DNA of 64,000 nucleotides from Lytechinus pictus. Lineage: Eukaryota. Shown in pieces: positions 25,279 through 38,300 of this stretch (positions within the stretch are counted from its first letter, which is position 1; each line of letters opens with the position of its first letter). The DNA lies in NCBI RefSeq assembly GCF_037042905.1, contig NC_087246.1, positions 620,001 to 684,000 of the forward strand, read 5' to 3'. The translations under genes and the position numbers were made by a program. The notes under the pieces are model-generated. The model searched no databases and had not been told where the DNA came from. It saw only the letters and a list, made by a program, of their open reading frames with translations.

Positions 25279-25460
25279 CAGTAGCCGTACCTAGGATTTT
25301 CCACGGGGGGGGGGGGGCAAAACCGCCCGCCAAAAAATTTGACAACCAAAAAAAAAAAAGCTCGTCAGGGGGACAGGGATACGTCCTTTGCATGGGTTGT
25401 GACTCGTCAGGGGGGGCAAACTGCCCCCCTGCCCCCCCCCCCCCCGTAGGTACGCTAGTG
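25279..25460. mobile_element. hAT-type MITE with poly-G/poly-C tracts
   Basis: TGTAGCAG|CAGTAGCCGTACCTA ... TAGGTACGCTAGTG|TGTAGCAG (perfect 8-bp TSD). Confidence 0.85.
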
Positions 25461-26075
25461 TGTAGCAGGAAACAAAGCAATATAACAATGGAAACTTCAA
25501 TCGATATACGAAAGGAATATAGATATTAACAAAATAACAATGAAATATAGGCCTATTGAAGTAAATTTTTATGCCGATAAAATTTGGAATTGCACGGGGT
25601 AAATAATGGAAGAAGTTATACAGATACGCTCCAATAATAAAAATGAATGCAGTCCTGATTCAGAAAACAATTCACAAGTCAAAGTTTTATTCATTCATTC
25701 AATGACAATCATACATGTACATGAAATAGTTTCACAGTTTTTGTACGAGTCTTGTTCCTGGTATCATACACAAATTACTTCCATAATAGAGAAGATGCTA
25801 AACAGAAACACAAAATTATCAAAGTAAGAAGTTTAGGCAAAACGTTGGTAGGATATGTATATAATTACAAAAATGAAGCAGATTTGAGAACTAAAGCATA
25901 AACCTAACAGGCCTACACGAGAAAGGGCTGACGTGTGATTGTAAAATGAATTAATTGATATAGGCCTAATCACCCTCTTACTTACCAGTGATGGTACCTC
26001 GATGTGGATGCACCAATACCAATGATGAAGCCACATGCACGTATTACTAATATACAAGCACCGTTGATGGAATAT

Positions 26076-26086
26076 GGGGAATCCCC
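26076..26086. promoter_or_regulatory. Candidate NF-kB site GGGGAATCCCC near a putative non-coding first exon of the HECT gene
   Basis: Identical to the site at 25009. About 90 nt upstream (minus strand) of a strong donor CTG|GTAAGT at 25986/25985. Confidence 0.45.
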
Positions 26087-28791
26087 ACTTCTCTCACAAT
26101 AGCAGTGATGTAATCCCTTCTGTCATTCATTAACGTTTAGTCTGCGTTGCGAAATCATGTGTGAGTTCAAGATCCAATTCAATTATATTTCCAAATCATT
26201 TATCACAGTATGGCATTCGTGTTTGTTACAAAATACAATATACAGAAGGCATGGAAGGTGATAACTGTGAAAGCGCAGCTAGAACCCCACATTGCACTAC
26301 ACACAATGGTCCTACGCATAAAGATATTTCGGGGGGGGGGGGTAAGGCGGATAGGATTATCGAAGAAACTCAAAAGCAAGTTAGCTTACCGACCGAGTTT
26401 GTAATTGGCTTTGCATTTTCTTCAGTGAAATTGAAAGAATTTGTGCACACATTTTGGTTAATTTTGTGAAAATTTTCAGTAAAATATTAAAATGTTAGGT
26501 TTGTAAAATTTATGTTAAGAACTGCCCTTTCCGAATTCCGCTGCTTACTGCCATGCGCACAGATCGAAAAGTAGGATAACAGAAAGAAAAAGTAAAGGAA
26601 AAGGAATACTGTTATCTTTATAAGAAATTTTGCCAGGCGTGCGATGCTGTGTCCCCTCATTTTTGTTTCGGGGGGGGGGGGAGTCATTACGGCACTCCCA
26701 CAAAGTAAATAATGTTTGTATTTTCAAGACATTGGTTACTGCATGATTTTAGGCCTACGTTTCTTAATCCTATATTTCGCTTCTCCCACCACAAACCTTC
26801 CATTGGCGTATATAAGGGGAAAGGGTGTAATTGCCCGGGGGAGCAAGGGCGGCACTTTGAGGGGACGCAAAACAAACAAAAAACCAAGGGAGAAAGAGAA
26901 AATTAATTTTTCATTTTATCTAGGTTTTATTTTCACATATCCTTGACGTTACAAAACTTTGATATAATTAAAACCTTTGCGTTCATACTTCGAATATGAA
27001 GTGATAATAATTAGGAATCTCACTTAATATGAACATAATTATGCTACATGTACATTAATAATTACACAAAACGGAAATGCGGAGGAATGCTTAGTAGCAG
27101 AATGCATGTAGATAAGGGTCCTTTTCAGACATTACATTTTCTAATTAAAGAAATGAAGAAAAATAATACTATCTAGAAGACCCCCCCCCCCCCATTTGCA
27201 TTTGTTCAAGGCGAATACATTATGGTGGTCTATAGTTTTAGTATTAATTTGGTAATAAATAGACATTTTATTTAAATGGATGTAAGCTACAGAAAAAGAT
27301 CAGAACCGGTAAAATGTAGTCTGCAAACCCTTCAGTGTGATCTAAATATGCAGCCTCGTGTTACTGCCAATAATGGTGTAAGTCCCGAATGCTTACAGCA
27401 CTGAGTTTTGTGATGACGCCCTTGTTGATTAAAGCGTAAATCAAGTTCTAATACAATTTTCTGGAGCTCAGCTAGGGGCTTCGCTCCCTCGAACATCTTT
27501 TCTTTTCTGGAACATTGTAAAGTATCAACGACCCAGTCCGGGCCCAAAAGTGAAACTGACAAATCATATACCAATCGGAAGCTTAGAAATTAACCACTTA
27601 ACACCGAAATGCAAGATTCGTGCAATATTATTTCACCGCTTACCAGCTGAGTATTTTGTAGCTCCAATTATCAGGTTTCTAAAATAAGTTTTATGTGCTT
27701 TTCACCGGCCTCAAGATCGTAACATCATGTTGTGTTGGAACTTCTTAGAAGCGTTGTGATTCCTTATGTTTGTGCACAGAAAATCTGGGTGATTTTTCTG
27801 GTTTTCAAAATACGCATTTTATTTTCCTCACTTATCACACAGAGATTATCATAAATACATTTCCCTGCAAGCTTGAATTGATAAAATCTACAGATTTGGA
27901 CTACTCTTGAGTTATTTTATTTTCTGTTTATTCTGTTTATTTGGCCCAGCTTTCCAATTCTATATCTGCATTCAGATTATGTGTTAAAATTTTCCAATTT
28001 TAGGCACAAAAACAGGTGAAGAGTTGTAAGTTTCCAACCATTTGATCACTGAATTGTCAGAGCCATTTTCTTCTGCAAATTGAAAAGAAAAGTCGAATTT
28101 TTAAAAAGCAGAAAAATCACCCAGCTTTTATGTGTACAAAATATAAATATGGAATCACAACATGACGTCACGGTCTTTAGGCCAGAGAAAAATAGTCAGT
28201 TGTCAACGGTGAATATGCATAAAACTAATACCCCTTTCATAAACCCAATTATGCGGCTAATTGGTCGTAAAATCGGAGGAGGACCAGAGTTATCCGCATT
28301 ATTTTGATGCTGCAATTATCCGCATATTAGCAGCATCGGGACCAGATTTTGACTTTATGAACGCATTTCGAAAGTAATACGGATAATTGCCATGGTGCGG
28401 TCACAAGGTCACCCTTTTCCAACGCAACCGCATCGGAGGGGGTGTGTGCGGTTGCCATGACGATTATCCGCCTTTTTCAGGACGGGCGCTCGTAAAAATA
28501 GTGCGGATTATTTTTGAATAAGTTTGTGAACGCAATTTTTATTGAATTATTCGCATTACTCTTAGGCGGCTAATTGGAGGATGGGTGTTGTATTGTGTAG
28601 TTACATATTTCCAATTTGTCAATTTCACTTTTAGCTCCGGTCTGGATCTTTATGCATTAAAGCATTTGTGATTTATAAAAAATATTGCATTATGTGTACA
28701 TTAGATAAATAAATGCAAAATAAAATTTATTGTGTGAAAGCTTCCATCATTGTGCTACCAAAATATGACTGAAATCACACATCGGTACCCT

Positions 28792-28991
28792 CACTGGCGG
28801 ATCCAGGGGGGGGGGGGGCAAAGCCGGCCCCCTTTTGAGAAGCAATATTAAAATTTGTTATGTAAAAATGCCATTAAAACAGAAGTATGCCCCCCCCCCC
28901 CTTGAAATGAAGACTTTTTTTTGTTTTGCTTGTCAAATTTTTCCTCGGAAAATGTCTCCCCTCCTTTTTTTAAATCCTGGATCCGCCCCTG
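28792..28991. mobile_element. hAT-type MITE
   Basis: GGTACCCT|CACTGGCGGATCCAGG ... CCTGGATCCGCCCCTG|GGTACTCT (7/8 TSD match). Confidence 0.8.
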
Positions 28992-29698
28992 GGTACTCTA
29001 CATGGTAAATTGCCAAGTCGTCTACTACCAACTCGTCTATTCACAACATGGTCTACTTTCATCTGGTCTTATGCCATTCCGTCCATCAACATTTCGTCTA
29101 ACAACCATTTGGTCCATTAACCATTTAGTCCAATCGTCACTTCGTTTAATCACCATTTCGTCCAATTTGACCATTTGGTTTCATAACCAGTTGGTCTAAT
29201 ATCCAGTTCATTTTCATTCATTTTTGCACAACTTTAGTCTATTTAGACCAAATGTTATCTGGACTAAATAGCTATTTGACCAACTGGTTATTAGACCATG
29301 GACCTATTACGATTTGGCAATTTGACGAATTGGCATTAGACGAATTGGAAATAAACCCTCTACATTACTAGTGCTGTACCATCGTAATATACACGCAGAG
29401 CGACATCTCACATTGTGCTGCACTCAACCCGGGTGAGGTAAATGGGTATCCGGTAAGGTTATATAAGGTAAATTCTATAATATAGCTCGTCTATAAACAA
29501 GAGTAGGCAAATTAAGCTTCTATTAAGCTTCTTCAGTCTTTCAAAGTACGAGTCTTTTCAAAGATGGGACGTAGCGAGTAGCTCGTCTCCGTCTTCATAT
29601 TCCTTGAAACGCACAAGCGCGTCTGCTCTGTATAATGACTCAGAGTTCTGATAAAGTCTATGGATTCTATGGTTTTAAGATGTTAACTCCCTGAAACA

Positions 29699-31796
29699 TC
29701 AATAATCAACGGTATGATTCTTAGTCAAGATCATAGCTTTACAATTTGTTCCAAAGTAGAGTTTTTCATCCTCATCTTGGGTCGATAATGATCTCATCAC
29801 CGACAGCGTTTCTTTTTTAATATCGTCTGATGCCGTCTCTCGGAAATAAGCCACTTCAGTTAGAAAATCAAGAAGTTTCCCGCCTTCTTTGGATGATTGG
29901 TCAAAGCAGGAAGTGACGTTGATTCTGGCTGGAAGGTTAAAGGTCACAAGATGAAGATCTTTTGATTCGGCGAATTGAGCAATCTTTTCTGCCAATCGAG
30001 ATTGCGTGTTATTTTCTCTCCAGGACAGATTGTTGAGGAACTTTACCAGTGTGTTATCATCTGTTTGCAAATATATTGAAATGATAAAATTGAACAGGAT
30101 TAATATTTAGTTAGATAAATATGAAAATTATAGATATGCATACAATAAGAAAGGATGCAATCTAGTGTAAAAGCTGAACAGTAATGTTTGTTTATTCATT
30201 ATATGATATAATCATGAGATAAACCATTCTTGCATAAAACCCTTTAGATATTATTTCTGTTCTATGATTAATGAAACCTAAGATGTGTTAGATAATATCT
30301 AGCATTTATGAGGCGCCAATCACCTCCATTCACCTCCATGCCTGGGTTGGGTGCAGCACAGTGTGGGTAAATTTCTTGCAGAAGGAAAACACGCCATGGC
30401 TGGGATTCAAACCCAAGCATGTCCCTCTCATCGAAAGACAGGAGTCGTAACCACTAGGGAAAATTGGACGCCTTTATACGTAACAATATAATTATGACAA
30501 AATCGGAATAAAAATTAAAAATGCGCTCTGGAATTCATATTCCGGTAATGGGAAACTCCATTCGTCGTATATAGATCTGGATCTTAAACATTTTGCATAG
30601 GCCCAGGCATGCTGCATTGTATAGGCTATACTGTCTTTCTTACCTGAGTTAACTATGATCATCAAAGATCCCCCATCCACTAGAAAGTCAAGAAGATTTG
30701 ACAAAGAATCCACAAGATTATCAAAGTAATAAGCCGAATGAATAGCACTGATGAATACGAATTTATTCTTCAACTTCATGGCATCATCTCGGCAAACATC
30801 GGAAAGTGTCTTATTCTTCCAGTCGAAGGTCACTTCCTTCACTTCGTCGCTCAAATGCACAGTCTTAAATTGCTCAATGACACTACCGGGCTCGATAACA
30901 GTGTACCGAAGATTTCCGAACACCTCGCGAAATTTTCCGATGATGATACTATCCATTGATCCTGCAAGAACATGAAGAACAGGAAACCGGAAATAGAGAT
31001 ATTGATTTAATATCAATTAAAGCTTTGAAACTTACACTCTTAAAAATAAACAGTTGGGTTTAACAAAATAATGTTATCCATTGGTAATAAATGACCAAGC
31101 TTTCTTACCCTGCGATTTTGCTCAACAAAGTTTTGCACTTTTTTTAGACTGTTGCCTTCTACATCAATCTAAATTAGTACTTGTGTGGGGGTATTGTTGT
31201 TCAATTTTGACAAGTTTTATATGATTTCAAAGCTTATGATGTCCTTTTTAAGTTCAATAGCAATCTTGAAAATACTTTTGGGCGACTTATTGTTGATTTG
31301 GGAGTGGCAGGTCCTAATTAAGAAAAACTGAACATAACAAAAATCAAACGGGTATAATAGCGTGACCTGGAAAGAAAAAGGCAAAGCTTATTGAGTCTAG
31401 CCCCCGCAGAACTGAAAAGGAAGGTCCATCCTTTGAGCGTATATAAGGTAAGAAGCAGAAGTTAAAAATAAAGGATTTAATTTCTTACCCCCCCCCCCCC
31501 AAAAAAAAAAAAAAAGACCAAAGAAACTACAATATGGAATCCAAAGAATACCAAAACATATACATCTACATACCATCTCCAGTCCCAACACCCATCACAT
31601 TGACCTGGTGACTTGGTGAAAACTTTTGAGCGATGTCGTCTATGACCGCATCATCGAGCTCATCCCGGAGCCACGATCGGATGACAGTGACATCACTTGA
31701 ATTTGGCCAGAAGCCTTTCATGAATGTATCTGTGTATCGTTCAAGATCGTCTGTAATACTCGTCAGGCCAGCGGGTAGATTATTGTTATTACTCAT
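29699..31796 (-). CDS. HNMT: Histamine N-methyltransferase-like class I SAM-dependent methyltransferase, 3 exons, 300 aa
   Basis: Exons (minus): 31574-31796, 30644-30961, 29699-30060. Introns are GT-AG, both phase 1; total 903 nt. SAM motif I VMGVGTGDG, then YTVIEP, FISAIHSAYYF, LVDGGSLMII, and the HNMT-typical VTSCFD..EGGKLLDFLTE. Confidence 0.88.
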
Positions 31797-34700
31797 ATTG
31801 GTGTACTGTATCAAACATGAGAAAAGAGGATGCAATATGAAGTGTTACATTATCGGATCATGATTATATTCTACATATTCTGTTTTAATTATTTTGTTGC
31901 TAACACGGGAGACTAAAATATAAGGTTTTCATCCTTTCTGAGCGTGGAGATAATTATAAAGAGTTCTGCCAATCGATGCTCGTAGTTACCTCATGGGCAG
32001 GGGGGGGGTTCAAAAGACCTTTCCATTTCTTCTAGCAGTGTTGCGTGTGACTGATCAAGTGTCTTGGGGAAATCAGCAGGATTGAATGAAAGCTCATCAT
32101 AAAAAAATGTTATAAATGTTTTAGGATCAAACAATTTTTAAAGTGCAAAATTTAAAATTCTATGTCATGTAAGCGCAGTATTTATCCTTTTCTTCTTTCA
32201 TTACAGCACATATATAGAAAATAAGCTTCACCATATATGAAAACTGTAACTCAACATTCTATACAGTGCATTTTTACATGTCGATACTGAACAGTAAATG
32301 TAGCACTGCTCACTTGCTCAGTCGAAGTAGGCTCTGGGCCATGCAGTTGCACCGATTTGAAAACAGATAAATGATAAAATGCTGAAAAAGAAATTATTGC
32401 ATTTAAATATGAAAATTCGCAAGATCTAATATTGCACAGTAAAAAAAAGTTTCATGATCCTATCCGAATCAAATGGCTTATGGAGTTAAATGATTGTGAC
32501 TGCCTCACTACGCCTCTTGGTTTGCAGTGAGGAGTTTTAAAATACAACACTCCAAAAGAAATTTATTTGTGGGATCGATGTTTAATTGCGAAAATCTTTA
32601 TTTCCAACATTCCATCATCCGAATCCCAAGATAATGTACTGTAAACAAAACTAGAAAACATATTTTGAGTTACATGTTCACATGTAGAAATACAAACTGA
32701 TAAGTTTACATTCACTATGTATTTACAAAACCAATATGCGTGGAATTATTTCTTGTAAAATTACTGTTGTATTATAATAGCTATAAAGAATAACCACAAC
32801 TTAAGCTGAGAAACCAAATGATAATGGATGCTAGCTAAATACATGTAGCTTGAAGAACTTAGGAATAAGATTCTAATCATCATCATGCTGGTGATTCAGT
32901 AAATTATCAAGAAAGAATAATATATGTTTGACAAATGCTTATAATTTACAGTGTATTATCAGCACAGCATTAAGTAAAATGACACTGACATCAAACTCTA
33001 TGACAAAATAGGACATTAACTTATGATATTGGACTATACTACTATACAAAGAAAATAACTGTAAAACCAACCTACCCTCTACCAATGACACAATATTGTT
33101 CTTGTTTACCTTTGGTAATCTTAGTTCCATGTGTTTTATTTGGGGAACTGTCTGCATATTTTAATATAGAGGCAATATTGTGATTAATTGTTAACCATTT
33201 AAAATGTAATTTCCCCAAGTTTCTCCATAATATTTTTGGCCAGAAATACGTGGTACATGACATGTATAGATCGTGTATATCTCAATGTTATTGAGGTACT
33301 TATGTGTGAGCGGTAGTTAGCGGATCGAATAATATCATACTTCATATCATAAAAATCGTCTGCTTCTCAAGTGTGCTGCTCCATATATGAAGCATGTTGA
33401 CTGAAAGGCACAAGATGAAACAGAGTATAAGCCAACAAAAATCATGACCGGGAAATTGTTCCGTCTTTGGGTGATCAGATACACATTGTATGGTCCGGTC
33501 ATGGTAATTGCTATTGTTACAACACCTGTATGTTCTCATTAAGATGCGCATAACCAGGCGACGGTGACTATCATTGGACCAATAATGCTTGCGTTAATCG
33601 TCCATCTCTTCATAGGTCCATGCTTTAACACGTAATGAGGTGCAATGTTGTTGAAATAACATAAGAGCCAATGTAGACAACAGATATAATGAAATTCAGT
33701 CTTGACTCTCTGTTTAATGTTTAAAGTTCCAGTTTAATGTCTGATTCAATGTTGTATATTTAGGTGTGGCTTCGCTCAAGCACGATAGTCAATTCAATAG
33801 ATCAACTTAAACATGTAAGATTACAATGTATGCACCTGAATATCTTAACTCTTCATGCAAAACATTGCTTTGAATACATTATAGTTGCATCAATGATTGT
33901 ATACACAACATCAGCCCTATGGGAGTTTGTGTAGAAAGTGATTAAGAAAACCCAAAGTGAAAAATGAAACATCAAGAAGAATTTGAATTTAAACATATAT
34001 CGAACATATATACAGAAAATTGTACATTAATTTCACTGCACACTGCTGCAGTGACAATGATATTGGGTGAAAAGCGGGGCGAGGAGAAAACAAATAAGGA
34101 AAAAATCCCCTTATAGAATGAATAGTCTAGAATTCAACTTCAAGATAATTTTCCAATTATTGAAATGGATATCAATGAGCATCGTTTAGTTGACTTACCG
34201 TCGTCGGTGATTTGGAGTCTCTCTCTGATAGGAGGTAGTAAATTGTTGAATTTCAATCAATGACAAGAATGGTCAAATAAAAGAAAACGTTGTTGTTGTT
34301 GTTGTTTTAGCTTATACGGCGCGTATCATTCAGTAGTGAATATTTGCGCCAAAAACTTCAGAAGTGGTGATGGCCTCTAAAAATGCGTTTGGCTTCTCTA
34401 AATAACCTATCATCAATTGAGATTTCCTATTTAGGAAGCGTTACGAAACAGGGCAGTTTATATAATCATGCTCATAAGAACATAAAAACTCATGGGCAAT
34501 GATAAGTGTATTTATATCGGAAGAATTGTGATTATTCAATAACCCTTCTTATTATTGCACACCCGCACTTTCTGCAGAAGATCAAAGCAAGAAGGAACTA
34601 ACGACATCGTGGTAGCTTTTAGACATTGTTTAATAATGTCAAGGAGGAGGAGAAGAAGAAGGAAAGCCAAATTCTTTTGCACTTTGCAAAAATAATTGTT

Positions 34701-35393
34701 ATTTTTTCTTTTATGATGAAATCGAGGGGTAAAAGTAGAAGAATTAAAGTAAAATAAGAAGGAGAAGAAGAAGGGGGGAGATAAATTTGAAGAGAATGAA
34801 AAACAATACTAACGAGAGCTGAGCAGAAACAAAAAAGGTGATTAACGGAAATTGAGAAATCACTTTATGAATTAATTCTTATATGCGGCTTTTAAATACT
34901 TTTGTTTTTAAATAAGCCTAAATATTAAATTCAGCGTACCACTAAACCACTTATATGAGATAAATTTTTTTTAAACACCATAATTATCTTTAGGCTGGTA
35001 GACAATTTAAAATTCATTCTTTTAACTAAAATTCACCAGCAGAAAATCCTCTATACCGCATGCACGAAATCTGCTATAATGAAAGGCTAAAACATCATGC
35101 AAGGGATAATATTGTAGATAAACCCCTGAACAAGATCTATTTCACTTTGTAATGTCATGGGGTTACGTCTTTATTGCCTATCTTGGAATAATTCGTCTAC
35201 AGTAATTGCTGGTAAGCCCGCTCCATGAAGCTCGGTCATGTCTTAAAACTAAAAGCTAAACAAAAAATAATAATATACAGGTAGTGATTATTTCTTACTG
35301 GTCATTTCAATTGCATGATACCTCTCCTGTCCTATTTTTTCTCAATACATATTTGTGTTCATTACAATAATTTTGTAAATTCTGGAGAAAAAT

Positions 35394-38300
35394 ATGTTGA
35401 CTCATGTTCTTACAGCTTTAACAATTTTTACTAGCCTAACCTACATTTCAAGACGTTTTTATCTATGGAAGTTATCATCAGGAGTAAGAAAATGTAATGG
35501 CCGCTGTGATGTTAATGAACGTAGTTCGGAATACTCTCATCATCATCATCAAGGAGGTGTTTGGAATAAAGGAAAACTTCCACCAGGGCCAAGAGGGTTA
35601 CCTATCATCGGAAATCTTCATCAGTTATTATTAACATCAAAGAAACAACATGAAATCATCAATGAATGGGCCAATGAGTTTGGAGATGTTTTTACTTTTC
35701 GGATATTTTCGACGAGATTCGTGATTTTAAGTAGTTTACCCGTGATCCGGAAAACGTTTCAGAATGCAGATATCAATGACATGGCTACCATTCCACCGTG
35801 TAATAAAGCACTTGGTATACATCCAGATAAAGGTAACACTTTTAGATAATTTGACATTAATCGATTTTTAAGAAGCTAACAAAATAACGATAGAGCCTGA
35901 TCTTAATTGATTTAACATGTTCTTATTATCATGAAACGATGAATTAAAGCATAAAGATCCAGATCAATAGTTTTCTACAGCAACAAAAAAAGAAAATAAA
36001 AGCGTTTTATTTATGTACAGGGTAGAAACAAAATAAGAGCGTTTTCTCACTGTTGGGAGCTAGCCAAGGGTTTTTCTTCATTTCCTTTTTTTTTCAGAAA
36101 TAAAGGAAGTTTGTAACTTTCATCAGGAATGATAAAATCACTTACCGCAAGCTACTATTGATATCATAAGATAGAAAGGGAAAATCTAAAGTGACAATTA
36201 TTTATCATTGATCAATGAAGGTTGAAAGAAACCCATAAACTGATAAAATAATACAATTGTGACTTTTTTAATTTTTCATTTAGACTATGTGACATGTATA
36301 CAAGCAGCTACCCCATAATAAATTCCCATTTTCAATGGTTCATGACAACTGAAAATAGTTTCATCATAGAATCAAATATGAATAAAGCTGTGTCTGATGA
36401 TATGAGGTCAAAGAAGTTCAAAGTTTCTGAAAAAAATATTAATTTGTAGTGGATCGCAGGTGACTTCGTAAAAGTAATTATCAGTTATTTGAAAAATTGT
36501 TTTACCTTTGCAATGATACCCTCTTCATGTTATTTTCAATCCCTTTTTTATAACTAGGTGTAGGCATCATTGCTGCAAGTGAGGGACCTGAATGGAAGGA
36601 TCTAAGAAGATTTTTGATCTCTATTTTGCGAAAAATGAAACTTGGTCCAAATAGTTTTGAGAAATTTGCTGCTGAGGAAGCCAAAAGGCTGCTCGATAAT
36701 TTCCATTCAAAAAATGACGAGTTCTTTGACCCAATGAATGCTGTTAACATCGCTGTCGCGAACATAACGACCAGATTGACAATGGGGAAAAGATATTCCT
36801 ATAATGATAAAGAGTTTCTCCGACTCACTCAACTAGCTGATGATACTTTTGAATACTTTGGAACAGGTGCCATCTTTTCACTTGTTCCAGAACTCTCATA
36901 TCTACCGTCTGCAGGCAGTAAGAGGGGTGACGAAGCGGTTGCCGAAATGTTCGATTTTATTCGGCAGTCAGTCGTGGATCATCGGAAACACTTCGACCCT
37001 AACGCGGAGCCTAATGATATGGTCGAATGTTTTTTGTTAGAGCAACATGAACGACGTTTAAAGGTACAGATGCTTTTGATTACATTATTTCTGATAGACG
37101 AAAGTCAGACAAAACGCATAACATGGGAGGTCTTCTGTAATCTACTGACAAGTCAATTCATACTGATGCAAGGTGCCGAACACCCACTATCAAATACTAT
37201 AGTTGCTATTTAGATATCTAAATATGTTTCTTAGAAAATAAGATATTTCTTTTTTAAATCTTTAAAAAATAATATGAGTTGCAGCAATGACAATAAACTT
37301 CAATTCAGAATGCAGAGGCAGTATTAACTTCTCATAAAAGTCATTAGATTAAGCCCGACCTGGGAAACTAACTCCCACTTCCCTGGCACGACCATTGAGC
37401 TACTTAGGATGGTGGTGGTGGTGGTGGTGGTAGGAGTCAGTGATGATAATGATTGATTAAAAGATTTTCTTGAAAAAATATCAATTCTTGCAGTCCAGAG
37501 ATGAACTGCAATAATTACAATATACATGTATAAACAACATGTATACAAGATAAAACAAATCAATGATATCAGAGTTTTAGCCATATTAATAAATAATTGA
37601 TATTTTTATTCGAAAAGAGTAGTTTACATACTGTGTAAAGATGAAATACAATGATCATAGTCACAGATAGATCAACAAGCATCAATCAATCAGCTAGATA
37701 TCCAATGAAATGCCACCATCAGGATATGATTGAGGACTCAGATATAGAGTCGAGAAGAAGAAGATTCAGTAAGCATGTTTAAATCCCAATTGTCTCTTTG
37801 TCTGTCTATATCAAGGGGGATATCGGTGTTTTTGACGACATCAATCTACTTCAGTTCACCTGGGACATACTGATAGGAGGATGGCAGACAACAAACACTA
37901 CCATCCTTTGGTACCTATTCATTCTCGCCCAACATCAAGTTGTCCAACACCAAGTCCAAGAAGAGCTGGACCGAGTTATCGGACGAGACCGTCTACCGGG
38001 GCTCAAAGACAAAGGATCTTTACCATACGTCCTCGCCACCATGGCCGAATGCTATCGGCTGAGTGGCCTCTTGCCGATACAGATTCCACATCGTACACGA
38101 TGTGACGTAACAGTTGGACGATATGGCGTCCCTCAAGGATCTTATGTGGCGTCAAATACACATTTCTTATGTTCATCATCAACATTATGGGATGAGCCTG
38201 AGGAGTTTCGACCTGAGAGATTTCTTGATGAGGATGGGGAGTTTGATCAAAAGAGAGAGGCTGGTCTCGTTGAGTTTGGTGTTGGTAAGTAAAATAAATA

